A DNA stretch of 56,068 nucleotides, filler included, from Sphacelaria rigidula (taxonomy: Eukaryota), in NCBI GenBank assembly GCA_964200075.2. It is 4 parts of 4 records of this genome, joined end to end, with 100 filler letters (N's around TTAATTAATTAA, not from the genome) between each part and the next. Parts side by side here need not be neighbours in the genome. Positions count along the whole stretch, not along the records: positions 1 to 13,944 come from CAXNAA020002564.1; positions 14,045 to 27,986 come from CAXNAA020002565.1; 2 more parts are not named here. One strand, written 5' to 3'. A model generated the notes under the pieces. That model saw only the letters and a list, made by a program, of their open reading frames with translations, had not been told where the DNA came from and made no database searches. Both the position numbers and the translations under genes were made by a program. Shown in pieces: positions 12,721 to 24,477 of the stretch (positions are counted from its first letter, which is position 1; the number at the start of each line of letters is the position of its first letter).

Positions 12721-12867
12721 GTGCGCATCATCACCTCAAACAATTGCCTCAGCGCCGGAGACGCCCTTCGCGATATCGACCAAAAGGGAGTCGTGCGCTC
12801 CGACCCCTTTGTGCTGGTCTCGGGGGATGTGGTGTCCAACATTGACCTCAAGTCTGTCATAAAACAG
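12721..12867 (+). CDS. EIF2B5: Translation initiation factor eIF2B subunit epsilon, next internal exon (partial gene)
   Basis: AG|exon|GT, 49 codons, phase 0, contiguous in protein with 5973-6125: VRIITSNNCLSAGDALRDIDQKGVVRSDPFVLVSGDVVSNIDLKSVIKQ (GDALRD and FVLVSGDVVSN motifs). The intron is 6126-12720. Confidence 0.93.
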
Positions 12868-12954
12868 GTGCGCGCCACTGCATCCGGGATATACTGATCG
12901 GCTCAGAAGTGTTTTCAGTCGGTCTAGGTTGAGGTGTGTCGAAAGTTGAAGAGC

Positions 12955-13231
12955 GCTGAAGTCCCCTTGGACTTTTTACTGCGATTATTTTCGCCATTTT
13001 CTGCGTTTTTTATTTTAATTTACTAGTAAATGTTCTCCTGGTCTGTTCTACCTGTTCTGTTTTATCTTGTTTTCATTTCTTTTTTTTCAGCGAGTGTTTT
13101 CAGTTTTGTTGTTGTCTCGGGTATGTCTATATTGTGGATAATGATCATGACTGGATCATGACTACCTGGTGCATCAGTTAAAGTGCGACAATCAATCAAA
13201 TCAATCAATCAATCAAATCAATCAGTCAATC
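12955..13231 (+). mobile_element. 5'-truncated RTE LINE 3' UTR with a (CAAT)n tail
   Basis: ttcagcgagtgtt matches the last bases of the RTE element at 42015-42027. Ends in caatcaatcaaatcaatcaatc. Confidence 0.7.
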
Positions 13232-13464
13232 AAAAGCTAACAGCCAAGTCGCAACCTGCGTTTTCGGGTCTTTTTCGCCTCTCTTTACTTTTTTTTGTTT
13301 CGTTCCGTTCTATCTTGTATGACTTCCTTAACCTCAAAAGGAATGGGTCAGGGGTTCGCCATTTTTTGCGTTGTAGTAGGACCGGTGCTGGATCTTCCCT
13401 CGCGTTATTTATTCTGCTTCTCCTTGTTCTTCATTTGTTTGTTTTTTTTTGCCTCCAATTTTTA

Positions 13465-13531
13465 TTCCCTCTTTTCTCGCTCTTAAGTTCCCTCTTTTCT
13501 CGCTCTCAAGTTCCCTCTTTTCTCGCTCTCT
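13465..13531. repeat. Tandem repeat, 23-bp unit x ~3
   Basis: TTCCCTCTTTTCTCGCTCT(T/C)AAG repeated. Confidence 0.85.
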
Positions 13532-13639
13532 CGATCTTCACTGTCCCCTTTTCTTGAGCTTCCTTGCAGGTACTGTTGCCGTGTCCGTTTACCTGTTTTT
13601 GTTCTTATTTGTCGCTATTTATTTTTATATGTCGTACTT

Positions 13640-13870
13640 TTAACTCCTCCCATTCTCGGGACGAGTCCGTGATCTCGAGGGATCAGCCCATCTTTCCCCG
13701 GTACACGCGTCGCATTTCGATCTCGAGGATTTGGGTCAGCACTCCCGCACCGCGTCAACTCTCGTCAAACAAACCCAATCAACTAATTTTTGTTTTCTCA
13801 CGTACTAGCGCTTTCAACGATGGAAATTAGATACGACGGAAAAAAAACAACGCATCGGGATTCGAACGAC
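13640..13870 (-). mobile_element. tRNA-like SINE (family S2)
   Basis: Reverse complement of 50879-51208, with B box GTTCGAATCCC on the minus strand at ~13857-13867. Confidence 0.7.
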
Positions 13871-13944
13871 ACTTTCTACGATAGCACACCCCCCCCCCAA
13901 CCCCCTCCCCCCCACACACCACATTAAAAACAGCCAAAACAACA

Positions 13945-14044
13945 NNNNNNNNNNNNNNNNNNNNNNNNNNNNNNNNNNNNNNNNNNNNTTAATTAATTAA
14001 NNNNNNNNNNNNNNNNNNNNNNNNNNNNNNNNNNNNNNNNNNNN
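13945..14044. other. Artificial contig linker (N44-TTAATTAATTAA-N44)
   Basis: 100-bp spacer with a six-frame stop 12-mer at 13989-14000. Identical spacers occur at 27987-28086 and 42028-42127. Confidence 0.97.
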
Positions 14045-14456
14045 GGTCGTTTGACCATTGACCACGCATCTCGTTCGGGACGGAGCACCGTTCCTACTCC
14101 TAATGGAGACACCTTCGGAGGGTACGGGGGGAGGGGGGAGTCCTACTCTGACTTTGATGGTGTTATTGAACACCTGGGAGCATTGTGCCTCGATGTACTA
14201 CTGTTTTGAACGCCTCCGCTGATGATGCGGGCTAAGGTACGGGGGCATCGAAGTATTGGAGACTGGGCGTGTCGAATCCCGGATGCTGTGGTTGTCCCAT
14301 GCACAAAGGGCGCACCCTGGGTGATGTTCGTTTGCCCATGTTTCAATACAACTAACTGGAACGGACGGTGTTGATGAAGCACTGGGATTACGGTGCATGT
14401 TCGCTAATGCTCATCGCCCTCCGGCTCTTCCGATATAACGGTGCAATTGCCACCAG

Positions 14457-16408
14457 GTTTTTGTCAAACCCGCCTTACACAACAAGAACCCCGTTCGAGT
14501 GGCAGCTATACTAGCTTCAACTGGGCTTGCTGCCCGAGGGAGTCTCCTGGTTCCCGGCAACCTGGCGAAGGTGCGGCGTACGGTGTGGATCCCGTCTGCT
14601 CCCCATTAGAATATCCCCGTGAAATGCAGCACAGTAGAAAACTGTAGGCCATTAATTGCAGCTTCAGTTGATTTGTCACTACCTTGAGGTCGCTTCATTG
14701 AGTTTTTGTGTACGGTTTCAAGGGGTTTGTTGCTTGGTTGCCACAGGGTCACTTTACACACGACTGCCGGATATGCACACGGGAACACAGAAGCCCATGG
14801 TGCGTTGTGGAGAAGGGTGGCGGAGCAGCCATCCAGGAAAAGCATGTGTATGTCAAACGGAACCCTGGAAAATTGTCGAGAACGCCCGAAATGTTGTCTT
14901 TTGTGCGTTCTCAGCCAGACCCTCCATGTTGTTCTGCTGTCCTGTGCCGTTCGCTTCCATAGTTTGTGCATATGGTGTCGTTTGCTGCTTGGATGGGCAG
15001 CACTTTGTGGGTAACTTTCATCGCAGGTATCACCATGTTCCGGAACATGCCCCGTCAAATCTTTGGGAAGGTGCAGGTGAGAGGGTTTGTCTGTGTGCGC
15101 CATAATGCTCTGAACGGGTGCCCTGCGACAAAGCAGTTACTGGTTTCAAGTGGGGTGTCAAGAGGTGAAATAGAATTCGATCACTTCGTATCGGTAGTTG
15201 ACCGTCTTCGAATGGTGTTCCTCGTGTAGTTCTCGTGTCAATGTATGACTCGCACTCCCTGTCGGCCAAGGCCAGGTGAGCGATTGGCTGCATCTGTTGA
15301 TGCCCACCTGTTGTTGTTGGGCATCCGCTGAATCGAACCGAGGCATGGCAATGTGCAATGTGTCTTACTGCAGTTCGCGCGCTATCTTCTCACTTCCAGG
15401 CAAAGTTGTTCCCGGCGTATTTCCTACTCCACTTTTGCTCTATCGGCGCCATCTTCATCGTGCGGGGTTGTCCACTAAGGTGAGCTATCAACGGCGTGTG
15501 GTGAGGACCGTGCAGGAGCACGGTGTGGTTCGCGGTTCAAGAATTTAGATGTAGGCCGTGGAGCCAACTATTGAGTCTTGTGTGTTGACTTCACGAGTAG
15601 CGACTGCACCAGAGATGCTGTGTAGAATTTGTCAATTGGAATATCGGGTTCTTGATCATCTTGCCTCAAATCAGAGCACATGGCGAACTACTCCGAGCAA
15701 GTCGATGTCCAGTTGCGGAGGTTGTAGAGACATGTATTCCTAGGATGAGCGGATTTGTGTATGGATCATTCTTGTGGGTCCCTGCGCAATTTTATTTCAA
15801 CACGAAGTGCTGTTGCTGTTGGGCGCTGCCATGACCGCATTGCAGGGGTCGCACTGGGATTACGCTCATGCTTTCGGCGTTGTTTACGTTTGCCAACATG
15901 GCGTTCTTGGAGCCTGCCTCGACGGACATAATGATGAAGCGGTAAGCATTGTTAGGTTCAATTGACCGTTGTCCACTTGACCGTTTACCTTCGAGGATAT
16001 CGAGTGTGGTGCGGCCTGATACTAAATGCAGTGGTGGCTGTCCACTCCAGTACGTCTGCCAGCCTGACTATTCTCCAACAGTCACAAGACAATTTACTCT
16101 TGTATCCTTTTTCTTCTCCAGTTTTTGTCATAATATGTAGTCCCTGCGAAAGTGTAGAAGTGCTCAACAACCTTGAGCTGTTTTGCATGATATTTCATTG
16201 CATTGAACAGCCGTTTTTCAAAACGTTTTTTCTACATGACCTGAACAGGTACAAATTGGAGGATGCCAACAAAAAGGATTCAGAGGAGTATAAATTGCTC
16301 GGCGCCAGGTTCGGAAAATACCACGGGGGCTCATCTCTCGTCAATCTCTTCGCCCTCATTGGAGCTATTGTGTACGCATGGGACGTGGCGTTGATGCTGC
16401 CCCTGTAG
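14457..16408 (+). CDS. TMEM205: TMEM205-like / DUF4149 membrane protein
   Basis: Phase-consistent GT-AG exons 14457-14570, 14963-15076, 15400-15479, 15846-15941 and 16249-16408 (stop). Translation: LAKFVHMVSFAAWMGSTLWVTFIAGITMFRNMPRQIFGKVQAKLFPAYF...ANMAFLEPASTDIMMKR...EYKLLGARFGKYHGGSSLVNL. A possible first exon is 14222-14236 (MMRAK), which is unconfirmed. Confidence 0.88.
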
Positions 16409-16554
16409 TTGAATCTGCACGTACGACTCTGTTTTGACTTGGCCCACGCGGCAAAATTAATGTGTGCGGTAGTTGCTGCGCTCTGCGTGTACAGTGAGAC
16501 ACGTCACTGATTTTCTTTCTAGAATGCTCGCATTGCATCCAAATGGCTGACTGC

Positions 16555-16860
16555 TTAGGAGTGATGGCTATGATTATTGCGAGGATCGGACAAATAATGA
16601 TTTGTCTGGAAATGACTTGGTTTTAGTATAACTGATTCGTCTCGTACGAATCAACCCCCTAGGCTTTGTTTTCAGCGTTGCAACCTAGGTACACGCAACC
16701 CAGATACGTGGAATGGCGCAAAAGTTGCATGGATACCCCTTGGACCAGCAGTCATTTTTTTCTGCCTTTTGGGCAATTAGGCCGAAGAAATCGTGGATTT
16801 TAGTGATTCTTGGTCGTGATGATTCGTCTCAACAGTCGATTATTGCGGCGTGGTGGCATT
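16555..16860 (+). repeat. Dispersed repeat family R3 (non-autonomous TE with GATTCGT-n-ACGAATC palindrome)
   Basis: Homologous copies at ~21215-21500(-), ~22985-23260(-), ~43050-43510(+), ~46170-46740(+) and 56031-56068(+). Confidence 0.7.
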
Positions 16861-17560
16861 TCACATCCCTCACCACAGTTGCGTAACGTAATTGCTTTCC
16901 AGAGAGCATTCGAAAGGATGTCCGCAGTTTTTCTACCCAACGACTCTGTAGGGAGAACTCTCATGGATCGAAACATCCTGGTCAGCGGGTAAAATTATCC
17001 AGGGGCAGGACGCGATTTATCACGACATATCGTCTTCCGGACACGGATGACGTTGTTGAACGACTTTTTCTCGTCATATCTGTGGAAAATCAGCATGAAA
17101 TGAATGAAAAACCCAAGTTAACTGTGCCATGTTTTACCGATAAGAGGCAACAGTCCCTTTACAAACCAGCTCCAAAACCGTCACGAAGAAAACGTCCATA
17201 TCGTGCATGATAGCTTGTTTCGGACTGAATAAGACGAATCATTTGGGCGACATTGGCGAAAACGATCCCAAGCATGGAAGTCCCCAGCTGCTTGGTGTGC
17301 TCGGCTTTTGTCATGGTTCACATGTAGACCTTGCCCCTTCAAATCAGCAATTTTTATGGGGGGAGGAGGGGGGGGGGGGCATCGCGACGTCTTTCGGCAC
17401 CCGCACGAATATTATCACGGAAAAAACAGATATTTAGTGATGATGCACTATCGTACACTAAAGATATACGCAAATAATTTTCCCTCTCTACACTTCCACT
17501 GTCGCAACATTTCACCACGTGCAACGGGCGTTCGCTGCTACAGTCGTTCGATAGAGGCGG

Positions 17561-20500
17561 TTATCCTGGCGTTTGGCCAAGCTCCATAAGCTGTTCGAAG
17601 AATTTTTCTGCATTCACCAGCTCGGTGCTCCCGTATGTTACGCTCAGTGGGCTGCTCTGCGATCGCCTTAAAGCGAAGTCCTGCGTCGCACAAGGGGGTA
17701 AAAAGACGAGTAAAAACATCGCCAAATTTTGGATACTGAATACACTTTTCACGTGGTCCTCGAGACGGGGAGTTGGCTCGCAGAAGACAGAAGGGCGATG
17801 CACCATTTGTGAGATATCGAAGGTCTTGCGGCATCGAGACAACTTACTGGAGCACATATATATATATATATATTGTTCAATTAAAGAAGAACAAGGCACC
17901 TCGCAAGAAGAATACGACACAAAACATGGCGTGTTTTGCTGTTCGTGATAGCTCGAGTGCCCCGTCGTTTATCGCACCTGTAAATTTTGGTACTCGGAGT
18001 AACATCCTCCGCCGATCATGAAGACTATCACCTCTCGAGGCGGCCCCCTGGCCCTCGCGGCGGCTGGGTCGGCCCGCTCTCCGAGCTTAGGATCAAGGTA
18101 AAGGTAAGCTTCGTCTTCCTCCCCGTAGTCCAGCAGACTTTTGGTGGACAAGCGCGACAGGGGGACACGGAGAAAAGAAGGCTGCTGAGATCCGAGTCGT
18201 TCGAAGTGATTGATGACCCTAGGTGGTACAAATCGCTTCCTTGTGGATGGTGGAACAGTCACGTCGCGGATGAGATTGGACTTCAGAGCAGATTACCTTG
18301 AACAAAGAGTGCGCATGAGAAATGTCAGCACCACGAGCACCAAGACATTTTTGGCCGACCGATTCTAGCCGAGAGCCATCCATCCCCCTTTATGGGACAT
18401 CCCTTACTTCCATAACGACCCCAGCAGCAACGCTACACTGGCGTTGAAGACTCGAGTTGCTCATGCTACAACACCTCATCATGTTCAGATTGCCGAGGTT
18501 GACTTGCGGTAAAAGAACAGGACCAGGTCACTCACCTTTCAACCACTCTGGTTGCGTGTGTGTTCTTCGCTCGGGAAAGAAGCTGCCCGGCCGTCGCCGC
18601 CGCCTGTTCAAAGCACAAGCGTTCACCGTGATCATAAGTTGGGAAAATGAAACATGCACATGGGACAAGAAATACCAAGTCTGGACATGGAGCGCCCCGC
18701 TCCAACAAGCAGAACCTTCGCAAATCTTTCGGCGACTGCCCTCTGCGCCGGACGCAAACAACAAATTGCATGGCTTGAGGCGGGAAATATCACGGTAAAT
18801 GCAACAGCATACGCACTTTTGCGAGCAGGCCCGTGGCTTGATTTTGCGCCTTGGCCAACAGACCCGACAGCATCTTCGGTCCAGAACGAGGTGAATCCCC
18901 CGACGTGCCTCCCGCCTGCATCGTCGGCAAGTGCTGCAAAGATACCTGAAAAAATCAGCGATGCCAATGAAAACCGAGCTGGGTTTGAGAAGGAGTTCTG
19001 TGCCCTGTGGTCTCATGCATCACCTTGGTTGGCTTTGGGGAACTTGACAATATACTAGTCTTCGACTGTTGTCGTTGGTCTTCTTCAACAAGAGCACATT
19101 GAATCGGCACAAGCACCGACAGGTTTTGGTCTTGTATCATTATTTTTTATCATTGTTTTTGTTTGTGGCACTTTGGACCCCTCCCCTTCCTCGTGAGGAG
19201 TCCGTGGTCTCAAGGGATCAACCCAATCTCTCCCCGGTACTGGCAGTACGAAAAAACGTTAAAATGCACACAAGACTTCGAGGAACCTGCTGTTCTTGAG
19301 CTTTCAGAAATGGTAACACGGTGAGCGAGCATTCACTGCCAAAATCATGGACCGAAAGCATTTGCACCTGTTGTCGCAAGTATCCAACTGCCCCCAGACC
19401 CCGTTCGACCTCTTGCGCCGCCCCCGCTTCCCCTGACGTAGAAACAGATTCTCGCAGCAGCCCTTCCAACTCGGCCACTTCGGTTCCCGAGGGTCTAGCC
19501 GCTAGGCAGTACACCCCAAGCAAGCGCAGCTTATCTCGAATGGAGCCCTTGCCGCTCACGAGAAGCTCCTGCACTCGAGCCTTACTGCGCTGTTTCACAG
19601 AAAACGGGCCGCGTTCCCAACAGCAAAACATACGAGGGGTTCGAAACGACATGTGCTGTACGTCTAGGACTGTACATAAATACGCACACTGACTCCGTAA
19701 CTTAAATTCTACACCTGGATCTGTAGTTTTCAAACAGTTAGATGCAACAGCGGGAAGGAGAGCACATTTTTTCGTGCAACCAACCGTCAAATCCTGGTGG
19801 TCGCGTGCAACGCCTTCGAGTCCGCTGAGCGGTTCCAAGGACTCGGCTACGCAACACCAAAAGTAGGATGGATGTGAACGTGCAATGGCGTGACGCAGGT
19901 TTCCAGACAACATCGCTGAAAGTACTCGTATTAATTGCCACTGTCAGCGCTCTCCTGCTGATTGATGTAGATATATCCGATAACATAACTTGGAGGCGGT
20001 AGTGGCAGCGTGTACAAATACTTGCCTTGGTAGGGGCCGATATAATCTCCTCCTCCACCTCGAAGTACACCGGCACTTCCCTAGCGGCCACCACGTCCAT
20101 GATAGCCTGCACCCGTGAGGAGCGACAGGCAGCACACGCGTTGAGGGCAGCTCCGAGGAACGAACACTGACTTACACTCAAACAAACAAGGCCCAAACGA
20201 ACACCTGCTGTCGGAGAATTAGGTCTGTACCATAAAAGTATGAAACACTGTCGCTGCTCGTCTCACGATTGATGTAACCATTCTGTGCATCAATCGACTC
20301 GATATGCCTCTACTTTCAAGCAGGGCGTTTCTTGGGGATTTCGTGAAACGCATCTCCGTGAAGTGCACCTATGGAATCTAAAATTGAAGACATGATCACA
20401 ACAGGTGGCGCACACATCCTTCACCATCAAACATTCCAGCATGAGATCTAGACGACGTTACTATTTGAGCACACATTACACACCCCAAATATGTACATGC

Positions 20501-23500
20501 TAGCAGCACCCTGTTCGTTCCTAATTGGCATCTCATGCCACCTTCACCGCGGCACACACTTGAAACTTCACCTTCAAAATGTTGGTGTGCATCTCAAGAC
20601 CCTTTTTCTGGTCGAGGAGTTTTGGTAATGATTCCACAGCGGCCGCTAGCTCCTGTGTCGTTTCGTCCCCGCCGCCGCCCGCCGCACCGCCGAGACCGCT
20701 TACCCCTAATCCTGCCGACGCCGCGTCGGCGTTGATGCCCGCTGCTGATGTCCTCCGCCTGATATCCTCTTCCTGTATCAACGCCGTCGAAAACGGAATT
20801 CAACATTAGATATTCCTCAGTATCTGTGACTGCCACGGCGCGCCCTCTCCTTGCTCACGCTGTGCATACGGAAGCTGTGGCGGAATAAAATCTGGAGTTT
20901 GCAGCGACGGGAACCTCACGCGACATACTTCTACTTGCTATTAGGCTACGAGTATGAGCTTTTTACGACGGTCCATTTGCTTCAACTGACGAAAAAATCT
21001 ACCGCACAAGGGGCAGTTCATAGGAAGTTGAACCTATTCGGGGTAGAACGTGTGCAAGGTACCCGACCTTTTGCGTGACAGCAGCCAGCTCTGAACCGTT
21101 GGCCTCGATGGCCTCGGGAAAAGTGGAGCCCTTAAACCTCCGATAAAACGAGTCCTGTAACAGCAATAGGAATAGTGACGATGACATAGAGGGCACAGAA
21201 TACTGGCACGGTGAAAGATGCAATAGTCGGGCGAATCATGGCTGGTGACAATCACCAAAACTATGATTTCTGAGGCCTGAGTACTCGAAAGAGATAAACA
21301 ACGTCGACCGCGAGTCAAAAACGTGTCTAGGCAATTTTGGGCTATTTCATGGGCCTGGGATGGGCGCACCTGGGGTGCAACGCTGTAAACAAAGCCTAAG
21401 GATTGATTCGTAAGGTACGAAGCAAGTACACTAAAAACAAGTAATTTTCGGACGAACCATTATTCGTCCGACACCTTCGAAGGATGAACCTCACAACACG
21501 AAGAAGTGATCTAAGGCGATCTGTGCGCCCACTCCTGTACTGTGCACGCAGTTTTCATCGAGATTTCTCTGCACCGGGCTTATCCAACAGCTATTGACTT
21601 GTCGAAAGTCAAGATCATGATGCCGTCAATCGAGTCGATGCTTGAGGGAAAATCATTGAAATTCCCCGAGCTCTAATGCACTCGCGATTCGCCCATAGTG
21701 CAAACTTACATTTTCTGCGTCGACGTCATACGTCTTGCTTTTATTCCCCTGGCCATTCTTGGCGTCCATCTGTACCGTCACGCGGTTCAATCGGTGGTCC
21801 AATACGTCGTCCACGAGGGCTTGGTAAGTGCTGTGAAGTGAATATCGATCATTTGAACGGATGACAATGACAAAGGACGATTGGAAAGGGGAAACGTCAG
21901 ACTAGGAAACGAGCGTACGCCTGTCTTTGGCTAACGTCAAGAGAGAAAACCATGTGTCACTTTTATCCTCGCCGACTTGATTTGCCCCTATGTAGTGTGG
22001 CCGTGTATGGCCCACCTGTTGTGTCGAAGGGCAGACACAAGGTCCATCCCCCGATGCATCACCACCACAACCGGTCTCTGAAACCCTGCCGCTCCTGCTG
22101 CCTTGAAAGCCGTCCCCCCGCCCATCAGGTGATCGCTGATTTGCTGCGGAGTTTCAAGGGGGGAAAGCGGCCAGGCGGGCGGAATTTAGTCCAACCTCCA
22201 TGACGACCAGATATATCCATCTGCTGGATTTGCATCATATTCATTCGATAGACGACTGCTAATCATACTTGTCCATCTGCTTTTTTGCTCGAAGGGTTAA
22301 GGTACGCGCCCGACCAATCCCACTCATTCTTTCCCTGTTCCTGCATATTACTGCAGTGGTTCCGAACAGGACACCTAGTTTTTAGATGACAAGTTGCAAG
22401 AATTGGCGTCCGTACTTCCAGCATCCTGCACCTTGCTCAAGAGCTCCGACATCATTTGCGCCGGCCCGCCTGGAAGCGCCCGAATGATGGGCACCCCACC
22501 CGCAGTCGCCAACACTCCAAACAAGGCGCTGGCCATGCTCTTCATATAAGCCTCCACGTGGTCGGATTGCCGAGGGTCGTTGTACTGCACGTACGAGCCA
22601 GGGCGGTCGAGGCTAAAGAGCCTTTGCTCGAGTGACACAAACTCCAAATTTTGATCGTAGATCTTGGAGATCATATCCACGCTGCCTTTGGCCAGAGTTT
22701 CTCTTGCGAGTAGCTCCATTAGCGGTCGCTCGAGCTTGCTCGACAGGTTAATATATAGGTTGCTGCCCAGGCGACGCAGTACATGGCGTGTGCGGAGGGA
22801 CAGAAACACGGGGTAAGATCCCTTGAAATGGGGACAGAAGTGGATATGTACTCGTGTACACAGGATGGAGGGGGGATACCGCCGTATCTTGTCCCCTGCT
22901 TCGGCATTCTAAGTATCGGGGGCTAGGTTTTTGGTCTACTGCTAAAGCAACAACATTGAACGTCTCAAATAGACAAGATTGCACGGTTCGGACGAATCAT
23001 CGCTGGTTCGAATCACCAGATCCACAATTTTTCAGGCCTGATTGCTCAAGAGAGAGAAAAAAGTTCGCCGCTGGCCAAAGAGGTCTCCACGCAATTTTTG
23101 CGGCATTCCACGTTCCCGGGCTGCGCGTACGTTGGTTTCAACGCTGAGAACGAAGTCTAAGGATTGATTCATACGGTACGAATCAACTACACTGGAACCA
23201 AGCAATTTCCAGACGAATCATTAATTCGTCCGACCCTTGCAAGATTGCGCAGTATCTCCATTGCACTATACCGCGTTGTTCATCACCTGTACAATCTCTT
23301 GCCAGCATCGGCCGCGATCCGTCGCATGTTCTCCTCCGTGGGTCGACAAAAGTACACCGCAGGCACGTCAGGGATGGCTTCTCGCTCGGTTTCCAGCTGT
23401 GACATGCGAATGAAATTTTGCATTCAAAATAAGGAAGGTCTCATGGGCGTGCTGTGCTTGACCACTTGTCGCTCTTTGGCCGCACCACATTTCAAAAAGA

Positions 23501-24477
23501 GCCGAAACCTGCTGCGTCTACTCCAAACGTGGCGCAGATACCACGGTATTGTCTCTCATGACGCTTTGAAATATCGAAATCCTCTGCACTTCAGGGTTAC
23601 CAAAACACAAAGTCGCCAACAATCCCACCCGCAACGCGCCCGAGCGGTGGCTCACCAGCATATGTAGGGTAACTCCCTGCTTCCGAAGCTGCGTGACATG
23701 CATTAGGGTGGAGATGATGTTACGACACGGCTTGTCGTACACAAGTACCTTCCATTGGTCTGACCACTCTCCTACCTGCCCCGCGCGACTTCCTGCAGTG
23801 GGCACGGTTGTATTGAGAAACACACGGTATGCAATAGGCATGCCACGGTGGACATCGGTTGCTGGGTGCGGAGCCTTTCATGGTCATCATTTCGTACAGC
23901 CCGACTGAGCCAAGAGGAACTACCGGGCCCATTGTTTCATATTTTGGTCAGCAGAAACGAAGTACCAGTTCCGGCGGAACTCTTGACATCTGGCGTCATC
24001 GAGTGCCTTGCACAACCGACAAGTAGCCTGGCCGGCGTACATGCGGTGTGGTTCCAAGATGAGTTCTGGCGTTTGAGAACAATTTCGTCTCGGACAGAGC
24101 ATTGTGCGACCACAACATGCTATGAGTGAGTAAACCCTCCCACCTTACGCAGCAGCACTTAGAGCATCCCTCTCGAAGCGTACGATGATATGCTGCGGTA
24201 CCACCCAAGTTTGTGCGGACAGAGTAGTGCCGTCCGTCGGCGAGTGTTGCAGTACAGTTCACTCCCATTGTACTGTACTGTGATGTACTATACTGTAATG
24301 TACTGTACGATGGGACACACAAGGCCATCAAAGCGAACCGTTGCACTTAGTATTGAGTAGCTCACCATTGTCAACAGAATTGAAATTGAGCAACCGAAGA
24401 ACAGCCTGCCTTTGCTTTTCCTTCAATGAGCTCGACAGCGACCCAAATCCTCCTGCCACGGGCACAGGTAGAGCCAT
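17561..24477 (-). CDS. SLY1: Sec1/Munc18 family protein SLY1 (SCFD1), complete, 14 exons, 668 aa
   Basis: Exons 24366-24477, 23656-23792, 23287-23396, 22432-22762, 22016-22143, 21710-21830, 21068-21154, 20572-20772, 20026-20106, 19368-19589, 18817-18945, 18536-18603, 17978-18137 and 17561-17680 join in frame (2007 nt). Motifs: LKEKQRQAVLRLLNFN, WKVLVYD, LRKQGVTLH, REAIPDVPAVYF, TYQALVDDVL, MHTNI, YLYLDPK, VFMIGGGCYSEYQNL, YGSTELVN. Confidence 0.96.

Noticed and set aside
12868-16408. Continuation of eIF2B-epsilon into the exons after 14045
   Set aside because: They are separated by an artificial linker, and the downstream exons encode a TMEM205-like protein.
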